Below are positions 8,602-15,608 of a DNA stretch of 40,991 nt, one piece after another. Positions within the stretch are counted from its first letter, which is position 1; every line of letters starts with the position of its first letter. Location of the stretch: NCBI GenBank assembly GCA_029260815.1, contig JAJDCN010000232.1, positions 1 to 40,991 on the forward strand, read 5' to 3'. Both the position numbers and the translations under genes were made by a program. This stretch comes from Planctomycetota bacterium (GTDB lineage Bacteria > Planctomycetota > B129-G9 > JAJDCN01). The notes beneath the pieces are model-generated. The model was given only the letters and a program-made list of their open reading frames with translations. It was not told the DNA's origin and made no database searches.

Positions 8602-8904
8602 ATGGGTAAAGCATTTTCTCTGTTTGTCGCGGCAATGGCGGTGTGCCTAGTGATGTCGGCGACGCCGGCTCAGGCTAGTCCCCATGGTCACGGTCGTGGC
8701 CACGGCGGCGGTTATGGTCACGGTGGCTACACCAAGAGCTACAGTCACGGCTATGGTGGGCGCCGTCGTAGCTATAGGAGTCAGCACTTCCGCCGGCCCT
8801 ATTATAATAGCTACTATTACAGATCGAGCTACCGGAGGCCTTATTATCACCGTCATCACCGGAGCCGCTTGAATATATCCTTTGGATATGGCGGTTGCTA
8901 TTAA
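8602..8904 (+). CDS. Secreted low-complexity Gly/His/Tyr/Arg-rich miniprotein (100 aa)
   Basis: A strong RBS, AAGGAGG, lies about 6 nt upstream of the ATG. The signal peptide is FSLFVAAMAVCLVMSATPAQA|SP. The mature part is HGHGRGHGGGYGHGGY...RRPYYNSYYYRSSYRRPYYHRHHRS. Confidence 0.6.
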   Translation: MGKAFSLFVAAMAVCLVMSATPAQASPHGHGRGHGGGYGHGGYTKSYSHGYGGRRRSYRSQHFRRPYYNSYYYRSSYRRPYYHRHHRSRLNISFGYGGCY

Positions 8905-8915
8905 GCGGAATCTTT

Positions 8916-8947
8916 CCGGCGGGGCAGGGCTGCTCCTGTCCCGCCGG
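8916..8947 (+). terminator. GC-rich stem-loop after the ECF operon (no clear U-tract)
   Basis: CCGGCGGGGCAGG (8916-8928) pairs with CCTGTCCCGCCGG (8935-8947) over 13 bp including one G-U, with a 6-nt loop. No T-run follows, so intrinsic-terminator status is uncertain. Confidence 0.35.
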
Positions 8948-9020
8948 TGGTCCGTTCCCAAAGCCATGAGCAACTCTTGGCCACTTGGCTAATCGGACGT
9001 CGAGCAATCTTGATTTTTGT

Positions 9021-9049
9021 TTGATCTGGAAACTCCCCTCCTTTACCAT
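9021..9049 (+). promoter_or_regulatory. Possible sigma70 promoter: TTGATC - 17 nt - TACCAT
   Basis: The hexamers lie at 9021-9026 and 9044-9049, about 64 nt upstream of the lipoprotein ATG at 9113. Confidence 0.25.
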
Positions 9050-9112
9050 ACCGAGCACCATCGGGATCGGTCCATTTACGTTCTAATTGATTTCACGCAA
9101 AGGAGATTCAGT

Positions 9113-9433
9113 ATGAGACGGAGCACCGTTCTGCTTGCGATTCTTGCTGTAGCGCTGTTGGCAGCTTGCGGCTGCACGACCATCAGCACCGGCTTGTCCG
9201 ACACGACCAGTGGCAGAGTCACCGGGTCCATTGCAAAGGGATCGGCGACCGGGATTTACCTGTTCGGCATGTGGCCGCTGACAGAAAATTCCGACGCCCA
9301 GGCGGCCTATAATCAGGCGGTCAACAGTGTGGGCGCCAAGGGACTGCGCGGCGCGACCATGCAGTCCACGATTATGAACCTCTTTATCGTCCAACTGGAG
9401 ATCGTCAAAGTCCGCGGACAGGCGGTGAATTAG
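9113..9433 (+). CDS. Small lipoprotein (106 aa), unknown function
   Basis: AAAGGAG lies 6 nt before the ATG at 9113. The signal peptide and lipobox are MRRSTVLLAILAVALLAACGC. The ORF-track start at 9017 has no RBS. Confidence 0.65.
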   Translation: MRRSTVLLAILAVALLAACGCTTISTGLSDTTSGRVTGSIAKGSATGIYLFGMWPLTENSDAQAAYNQAVNSVGAKGLRGATMQSTIMNLFIVQLEIVKVRGQAVN

Positions 9434-9451
9434 GTTCGCTGTATTTCAAAA

Positions 9452-9500
9452 AACACGCCCTCGGCCGCCGGGAGGATGGCCGAGGGCGTGTTGTTATTTT
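9452..9500. terminator. Bidirectional rho-independent terminator
   Basis: AACACGCCCTCGGCC (9452-9466) pairs perfectly over 15 bp with GGCCGAGGGCGTGTT (9478-9492). It is flanked by an A-run upstream and TTATTTT downstream, between convergent genes. Confidence 0.8.
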
Positions 9501-9511
9501 GACAGGCGGGC

Positions 9512-10633
9512 TCAGGGTTCCAGATAGTTCATAGAAGGGACCACCTCAGGCTGTTCGCGGACTAGATCGTCGAACCAATATGCTTCGTCGTCCCGTGAAA
9601 AGGCCATAAACCGGTTTTCGTCCTCTGGATTGCGAGCCCGATGGTACTTGAGGAAGATTTGGCTATCGGTGACCGCAACAATCTCAATTTTTCCGCTTTC
9701 GTGAGACATAACCAGCCGCATCCTTCGCGACAACCCACCGAGACGGGCTGCTGCCCGCGAGTAGACCTTGTAGGTCTCTGCGATGGGTAGCTCGAACGGT
9801 TTATTGCCCGCGGTGGGGCGTCCCTGGAAGAAGTAGTAGGGTGGGGCCCCTGCCCAGGACAGCCGTTTGCAAAGCTGGGCCAGTACTGCGGGATTGGCGT
9901 TGATCCCCTTGAGGATCGGCGACTGGTTACACAGCACGCCTCCGGCGTCTGTCAACATCCGCAGGCCTCTTCGGGCCACGTCGGTCAACTCCCGCGGATG
10001 GTTGAAGTGAACCATGAAGTAGATGCGTCGCTTGTGGGTGCTGTTCTTCCGAATCGATTCCAAAAGGTCTGGGTCGTTGAGAATCCGGTACGGGTTAAAC
10101 GCCGGCATCTTGGTCCCGATCCGGATCACGCGCACATGGGGGATCTCCCGCAGGGCCGTCAAGATCCGGTCTAGCTTGCCGGTCGACAGAAGCAGCGGAT
10201 CCCCACCGGTCAGTAGGATGTTGGAGATTTCTTCGTGCTTGCGGATGTACTCCAGCCCCGGCTCGATGTCGTTGACCACCTCGTCGTTGCCGTCCATGAA
10301 AAGACGCTTACGGAAGCAGAAGCGGCAGTAGGAACCGCAGACTTCGTTGACCAAGAGCAAAGCGACGGTGCGATATTTATGCTGTACGCCCGGCGCGACG
10401 TAATTTTCTGCTTCGTTGCTGGCGTCCAGCTTGCCCCAGGGCTCCAGCTCGCCCGGATCGGGGATGACAATCTTGCGGATCGGATCGTCCGGGTCGTCCC
10501 AATTGATCAGTGACAGGTAGTAATCGTTGGCTCGGAAGGCGTATTTGTCGACAACTGTTTTGAGCATTTCGCTCGCGCTGTGCTCCAGCTCGGGCACATT
10601 CTGTAGCGCCCTGATATATTTTGGTTTGGTCAT
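9512..10633 (-). CDS. KamA-family radical SAM aminomutase (lysine 2,3-aminomutase-like)
   Basis: CGSYCRFCFRKR is the CxxxCxxC radical-SAM cluster motif in a KamA-like context. Also present are YYLSLINWDDPDDPIRK and ILLTGGDPLLL. The substrate (Lys, Glu or EF-P-related) is not assignable. Confidence 0.8.
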   Translation of the reverse strand: MTKPKYIRALQNVPELEHSASEMLKTVVDKYAFRANDYYLSLINWDDPDDPIRKIVIPDPGELEPWGKLDASNEAENYVAPGVQHKYRTVALLLVNEVCGSYCRFCFRKRLFMDGNDEVVNDIEPGLEYIRKHEEISNILLTGGDPLLLSTGKLDRILTALREIPHVRVIRIGTKMPAFNPYRILNDPDLLESIRKNSTHKRRIYFMVHFNHPRELTDVARRGLRMLTDAGGVLCNQSPILKGINANPAVLAQLCKRLSWAGAPPYYFFQGRPTAGNKPFELPIAETYKVYSRAAARLGGLSRRMRLVMSHESGKIEIVAVTDSQIFLKYHRARNPEDENRFMAFSRDDEAYWFDDLVREQPEVVPSMNYLEP

Positions 10634-10957
10634 ATATTTTCCTTTTAATCGACCGGGCTCGCTTCAGCCGCTATTTTGAGGGAGGAGGTCTAACAGGAAC
10701 AAATTTTCTTTAGGAGCTCCCCCCAGCTCACAAGCTCTTTCGGTATTCGTTTAACGATTTATTTCGTCGCAGAAGAGCCAAGCTTGCGACACGGCGAGAC
10801 GAAGGACCGAAATAACGTGTCCAGCTTAACGAATGGTATGCCACGCGTCAAGGCGGAAGTAGAGCGGCTTCGGCGAGCGAAAGTTGTGAATATCTCCGGC
10901 CTGGTTGCGAAATGAGCGGTAGCGATGGCTGATTTCTCAGTCTTCGGCTTGCGGATT

Positions 10958-11374
10958 CTAGTCCCGATAGGCAGCCACAGAGGTTGGCGTCTCCCACAGG
11001 CGAACCTCCACGACGCCATAGCCCATCTGTTTGACGGCCAGGAAGATCCGCTTGGCGATCGCCTCAGCGGTGGGGGGCTCGTCCAGGAGGAAGTGAGGCT
11101 CGCCGTGTTCTTTAAGGAAGCCCACAAGCGGGTCGTCGCCCCTCAAGATCATCTGGTGGTCCAGGTTGGCGTCAATCCAACCCTTGATGTCACCCTTGAC
11201 GGTGGAGAAGTCGGCGACCATTCCCTGTTCGTCCAGATCGGGGGCTTCCAGTACCACCTCCACCCGACCGTTGTGGCCGTGGGGATGCTGGCACTTGCCA
11301 TAGTATTCCGGCAGCCGGTGTCCGTAGCAAAAATCAATTCTTTTTGTGACTCTATAAATCGTACCTTCCTCCAA
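10958..11374 (-). CDS. queD: 6-carboxy-tetrahydropterin synthase / 6-pyruvoyl-tetrahydropterin synthase family
   Basis: FCYGHRL...CQHPHGHNGRVEV carries the Cys-x3-HGH zinc/catalytic motif. DFSTVKGDIKGWIDANLDHQ is present, and the 138-aa size is typical. Confidence 0.8.
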   Translation of the reverse strand: MEEGTIYRVTKRIDFCYGHRLPEYYGKCQHPHGHNGRVEVVLEAPDLDEQGMVADFSTVKGDIKGWIDANLDHQMILRGDDPLVGFLKEHGEPHFLLDEPPTAEAIAKRIFLAVKQMGYGVVEVRLWETPTSVAAYRD

Positions 11375-11393
11375 CTTGAAGTTTGATTAGATG

Positions 11394-11900
11394 TTACTGT
11401 TTGCCTCCATGGCTTTGGATCTGCTTTGCGACTTCCCGGCGGGACAGGTCGAGCGCCTCCACCCAGGGTGTTTTGCCTCGTTTGTCTCTCGCGTTCACGT
11501 CTGCCCCCGCCGCGATCAACAACTCAACCATCTCGGCATGGCCTGCCCAGACTGCCCCGTGCAGCGGGGTCTTGCCCAGACGATTTCGAACATTCGGGTC
11601 CGCCCCGTAGCGCAGCAGCAGCTCCGCCACCATCCTGTTTCCCCGTTGTACCGCCATCATCAATGGAGCCAATCCCTCGGCACTGAGTGTGTTCACACGA
11701 GCCGGTTCTCTGCGAAGCATCGCGTCGATTGCCACCGCATCCGAGGAGCGGATCGCATCGAACACGGTCTCGTACGCGAGCCCGTTGTGCGGGTCCACGG
11801 CGGCTTCGGAACCGGTAGCCTCCAGGCGACAGGACGCGGCGAAGGCCAAGAGGCTTACGAGACTCAGCCACAGCAGCGAGTGAAGTCGGTACGATCCCAT
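11394..11900 (-). CDS. Exported ankyrin-repeat (lipo)protein
   Basis: The signal peptide with a lipobox-like end is LSLVSLLAFAASC. The ANK repeats are GLAPLMMAVQRGNRMVAELLLRYGADPNVRN, GKTPLHGAVWAGHAEMVELLIAAGADVNARD and GKTPW... Confidence 0.8.
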   Translation of the reverse strand: MGSYRLHSLLWLSLVSLLAFAASCRLEATGSEAAVDPHNGLAYETVFDAIRSSDAVAIDAMLRREPARVNTLSAEGLAPLMMAVQRGNRMVAELLLRYGADPNVRNRLGKTPLHGAVWAGHAEMVELLIAAGADVNARDKRGKTPWVEALDLSRREVAKQIQSHGGKQ

Positions 11901-11918
11901 GATACGGTCCTGGCTCCT

Positions 11919-12653
11919 TTAGTGGATCGATCGGCCGCCGTCAATATGGAGGGTGGCACCGGTGGCGAAATCCGTGCCTTCCACCAGGAACAGGACCGCC
12001 CGTGCAATGTCCTCCGGATCCCCGTGCCGGGCCAGCGGGGTCTTGTCCAGAACGGCTGCCTGATCCTCTTCGCTCATCCCGTTCGCCCAGAGGATCGGGC
12101 CGGGACAGATTGTGTTGACCTGTACCGTCGGGGCTAGCTCCTTGGCCAGGGCCTTGGTCAACGCGATGAGTCCTGCCTTGGACACGCAGTAGGGCAGGTA
12201 ATGCCGGTAGGGCCGCTCCCCGGCCCAATCCGCGATATTGACGATCTTGCCGGCTCCACGCTCGCGCATCCGGGGCCCCAGATGAGAACAAAGCAGAAAA
12301 GGGGCTTTGAGATTCACATCGTGCATGGTATCCCAATCGACCTCTCTGATCTGCTCCAGTGGCGTGCGATAAAAGGTCGATGCGTTGTTCACCAAGACAT
12401 CAATCTCACCCAATTCTTCCGTCGCTCTCCGGGCCAGGGCAGCGACTTGCTCGGTGCTGGACAGCTCAGTCTGAATTGCGACGGAGCGGACGCCCATCTC
12501 GTTGAGTTGAACCACCGTCGTCAGGGCGGGAGCTTCGGATCGATTGTACTGGATCGCCACGTTGCAGCCGCGCCCGGCCAAGGCCAGCGAAATCGCGTGG
12601 CCGATGCGAACGTGGCCTGCAGTGACCAATGCGGTCTTTCCGTTAAGGTCCAT
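11919..12653 (-). CDS. Short-chain dehydrogenase/reductase, pteridine-reductase-like
   Basis: The N-terminal TALVTAGHVRIGHAISLALA matches a (G/A)xxxRIG Rossmann variant seen in PTR1/FolM-type enzymes. The catalytic YCVSK (YxxxK) is present. Context with the PTPS gene supports the call. Confidence 0.7.
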   Translation of the reverse strand: MDLNGKTALVTAGHVRIGHAISLALAGRGCNVAIQYNRSEAPALTTVVQLNEMGVRSVAIQTELSSTEQVAALARRATEELGEIDVLVNNASTFYRTPLEQIREVDWDTMHDVNLKAPFLLCSHLGPRMRERGAGKIVNIADWAGERPYRHYLPYCVSKAGLIALTKALAKELAPTVQVNTICPGPILWANGMSEEDQAAVLDKTPLARHGDPEDIARAVLFLVEGTDFATGATLHIDGGRSIH

Positions 12654-13156
12654 CCATGGCTCCTAGAGAATCATACGGCGGATACAGCATGCCATTATAA
12701 ACGCAAAGGCGGAAGGATTCCAAGCTCGATTGAGTGAGAATAACGTGTCGACGATGTCTGGAGCAACACCAATGTCTCCTTACAGGGCTCAACCACGCGC
12801 ATCTGGCTAGCCCGCAGAGCTGTGCAGCATCCAAAAAATTCCCACCTGCGCAACTTAGGCCGTTTCGATCCAGTCCGTTTCCAGGCGCTACCATCGATCG
12901 GGACGAGAGGCCCTGTGATTTTGCGGCTAAAGTTCAGTCCTAAAGCTGTCGATAAGATGTAACGATATCGGGAAAAAGGTCACCAATTCTTCCCTATAGG
13001 GCTCAGCCCTACCTACATATAGAAGGGTGAGGAGAAAGCCGTATTCTCCATAACCCTCATTGTATCTGGCATTACAACAGTTTTTCTACAACACGTAAGG
13101 CAATACAGGACCACTGTTATACGGCGGAGATGGCGTATAATTGAAAGGAAGGGAAC

Positions 13157-14986
13157 TTGAAAAGTCTACAGGGCAAGATTACGTTTATGTTAGCGCTGTT
13201 GCTGTCCGTGTCGCTAGTCATGGCGACCATCCTCCTTCTCCAGGCCAGCAAAGAGAATCGGAGAGCCGTTCAGTATGATATAATGAACGAAGTCGCCGGC
13301 CATTTGAATGCCGCTGCCGGCTGGCAAGCGATCGAACGCGGCGTCGGCGCAACCATCCTCGGAAGTGAAAATCCCCCAGCGGCATTACTCGCAAAGTTTT
13401 CCACCCTCTCCACCAAGGGCGATGAAGAGGTGGCACAGGCGCAGAAGCATGTGGCCAAGCTGTTGGAGCAAATTGACAACCCCGACCTCCAGAAGCAAGT
13501 GTCCAAGTGGAACCAAGCTTTTGAAACCCTTCGCTCCAAGCGCTCCGGCGTAACAGACCACTCCCTCGACAAGTCGGACTGGATCCGAATCGCAACCAAC
13601 AACATCGAGAATGAGTTCGCCTTGCGCAACATCGCCTTTGCACCGAACGACGCCCGGGAACGGATTCTCTACTTTAACAGTGTTTTGCGAGCCAATGTGG
13701 CGACTCTGTGCGAATACGCCGGTCGGGAACGTGCCCTCCTGGGCAATGCGATCTCCACCGGAAAACCGATTCCGCCCAATACGCTGGAAACACTCAAGGC
13801 CTACCGGGCTCTGGTGGAAAATGCCGCGAGGCAAGTGTTGGCCTTAAAAGACCTCGACAGTACGCCCGAAGATCTGGCATCCACCATCAATGCATTTGAC
13901 CAGGAATTCCTCGGAAACTATCAGCAGCTACGCGAAGCCGTCTATGCCGCCAACGCCAACGGCACGCCTTATCCTGTGGATGGAGCCGCCTGGATCCAAC
14001 GCGCCACGAAGGCGATCAACACGGGCCTGGCGATTTCAAACATTGCCGGTGCGCTGGCAACCACTGCCACGCAAGACAGTCGAGCGGAAGCGCGGACCTC
14101 GATCTTTCTCAATGGCGGGCTGCTGTTAATGGCGATTGGCGTCTTTGCCTTCGTGCTGGTTTTCGTACGTCGATCCATTGTCCGGCCGCTGAACCAGATC
14201 ATTGACAGCTTGAGCAGCGGCTCCCATCAGGTAACCGGTGCCGCCGGGCAAATTTCCTCCTCCAGCCAAACTCTGGCTGAAGCATCCACCGAGCAGGCCG
14301 CCAGCTTGGAGGAGACTTCCTCTTCACTCGAACAGATGGCAAGCATGACGAAGCAGAACGCGGAAAACGCCGGTCAAGCCAACGCTTTGGCATCGGAAGC
14401 CAGCCAATACGCCGAGAAAGGGAATGAGGCGGTACAGAAGATGAATACCGCGATCAAAGAGATTCAGAAGTCCTCCGACGAAACCGCGAAGATCGTCAAA
14501 GTCATCGACGAGATTGCTTTTCAAACCAACCTGCTGGCCCTTAACGCCGCGGTGGAAGCGGCTCGGGCCGGCGAGGCCGGCAAGGGCTTTGCGGTCGTTG
14601 CCGAGGAGGTGCGCAACCTGGCGATGCGCTCGGCCGAAGCGGCGAAGGATACGTCTCAGATGATCCAGGAATCGGTTTCCAACAGTCAAAACGGCGTTGT
14701 GATCGCTGGCGAGGTCAGTTCTCTGTTAGAGGATATCTCGGCTGGCAATCGGAAGGTCAATGTTCTTGTAAGCGAAATTACCGCCGCCTGCGAAGAACAG
14801 ACTCAGGGTGTCGACCAGATCAACGTGGCGGTGACACAGATGGATCAGGTTACGCAGAAAAATGCAGCCACCGCAGAGGAGTCTGCGGCTGCATCCGAAC
14901 AGTTGACTGCCCAAGCCGAACAACTCAATGGCATGGTCTTGGATTTAACCAAATTGGTTGGGGCAACTGGAAATCATAACGATTAA
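13157..14986 (+). CDS. Methyl-accepting chemotaxis protein with a NIT-like periplasmic sensor
   Basis: The protein has two TM segments. The periplasmic region has two ERG/RER repeats, [15 protein letters not shown] and [17 protein letters not shown], as in NIT domains. The conserved MCP hairpin is [38 protein letters not shown]. The TTG start follows GAAAGGAAGGGA. Confidence 0.85.
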   Translation: MKSLQGKITFMLALLLSVSLVMATILLLQASKENRRAVQYDIMNEVAGHLNAAAGWQAIERGVGATILGSENPPAALLAKFSTLSTKGDEEVAQAQKHVAKLLEQIDNPDLQKQVSKWNQAFETLRSKRSGVTDHSLDKSDWIRIATNNIENEFALRNIAFAPNDARERILYFNSVLRANVATLCEYAGRERALLGNAISTGKPIPPNTLETLKAYRALVENAARQVLALKDLDSTPEDLASTINAFDQEFLGNYQQLREAVYAANANGTPYPVDGAAWIQRATKAINTGLAISNIAGALATTATQDSRAEARTSIFLNGGLLLMAIGVFAFVLVFVRRSIVRPLNQIIDSLSSGSHQVTGAAGQISSSSQTLAEASTEQAASLEETSSSLEQMASMTKQNAENAGQANALASEASQYAEKGNEAVQKMNTAIKEIQKSSDETAKIVKVIDEIAFQTNLLALNAAVEAARAGEAGKGFAVVAEEVRNLAMRSAEAAKDTSQMIQESVSNSQNGVVIAGEVSSLLEDISAGNRKVNVLVSEITAACEEQTQGVDQINVAVTQMDQVTQKNAATAEESAAASEQLTAQAEQLNGMVLDLTKLVGATGNHND

Positions 14987-15017
14987 CTCTCTTTGTGTTA
15001 ATCCATAAAAAAGGCAT

Positions 15018-15058
15018 AAGGCGTGGCGGATTTTGAATCCGCCACGCCTTCTTTTGTT
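15018..15058 (+). terminator. Rho-independent terminator of the MCP gene
   Basis: AAGGCGTGGCGGA (15018-15030) pairs over 13 bp with TCCGCCACGCCTT (15038-15050), with a 7-nt loop, followed by CTTTTGTT. Confidence 0.85.
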
Positions 15059-15114
15059 CAGAAAAACAAACTTACCCATTATAAATTAAGGCTTTACGTC
15101 AAAGTGTTTTGTCA

Positions 15115-15142
15115 TTGACGGGAGGATGTTGTGTGTTAGGAT
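15115..15142 (+). promoter_or_regulatory. Sigma70 promoter: TTGACG - 16 nt - (TGt)TAGGAT, extended -10
   Basis: TTGACG is at 15115-15120 and TAGGAT at 15137-15142, preceded by TG at 15134-15135. Confidence 0.4.
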
Positions 15143-15148
15143 GCTAGT

Positions 15149-15167
15149 GATATTGAGACTCATTATC
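15149..15167 (+). promoter_or_regulatory. Fur-family (Fur/Zur-like) operator
   Basis: GATATTGAGACTCATTATC matches the classical 19-bp Fur box GATAATGATAATCATTATC at 16 of 19 positions. It lies immediately downstream of the -10 element. Confidence 0.5.
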
Positions 15168-15252
15168 ATTACGTTGTCGTGGCGATGGGACTCGTTCTCC
15201 TGCCGGAAGCAGAAAATACTGTGCCCTAAAAATCCAAAGGAAGGAGTACTGA

Positions 15253-15462
15253 ATGAATTGCAACCACAAGACGGTCAGTAGGAGCCAAGTCGGCTGTGTG
15301 CAAGCCTGTGCCTGCGGAACCATATCGATCCACTGCGGAAACGGAACTTTGCGGCTCTCTGCGGAAACTTTCGCCGGCTTTGCACGAATGGTAGACGATG
15401 CATTTTCTCGATTAATATATAGTGAACCTGAGGGCCCACGCCATAAACCCGACGATTCTTAA
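15253..15462 (+). CDS. Cys/His-rich miniprotein (69 aa), unknown function
   Basis: AAGGAG (15241-15246) lies 6 nt before the ATG. The N-terminal 28 residues contain C3, H5, C15, C19, C21, H27 and C28. Confidence 0.5.
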   Translation: MNCNHKTVSRSQVGCVQACACGTISIHCGNGTLRLSAETFAGFARMVDDAFSRLIYSEPEGPRHKPDDS

Positions 15463-15608
15463 GACGCTCAGCTCCACCGCATAATCCGTCTTGTACGCGC
15501 AGGCTCGCTCGTATACCATGATCTTGGCCGCACAGGAGCGGAAAAAAGGGCGCTGGTAGGCGTATACTCCATAGGAGTGTCCTATACGCAAGGATGGAGG
15601 AATGAGTT

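Noticed and set aside
8647-9061. Overlapping ORFs on both strands across the Gly/His/Tyr-rich gene (8647-8973, 8675-9061, 8684-8872).
   Set aside because: These are low-complexity repeat DNA that stays open in several frames. Only the 8602-8904 frame has a consensus RBS plus a signal peptide.
12643-12943. Small ORFs in the 500-nt intergenic region (12643-12894 minus, 12734-12943 plus).
   Set aside because: They have no RBS, mutually overlap on opposite strands, and have Cys/Arg/Ser-rich atypical composition. They are more likely non-coding.
12673-13128. A repeated 10-mer, ATACGGCGGA, at 12673-12682 and 13119-13128 flanks the intergenic region upstream of the MCP gene. Each copy has an ATACAG nearby.
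   Set aside because: A single 10-nt coincidence within about 500 nt is roughly at chance level. There is no longer flanking similarity, target-site-duplication context or mobile gene between the copies.
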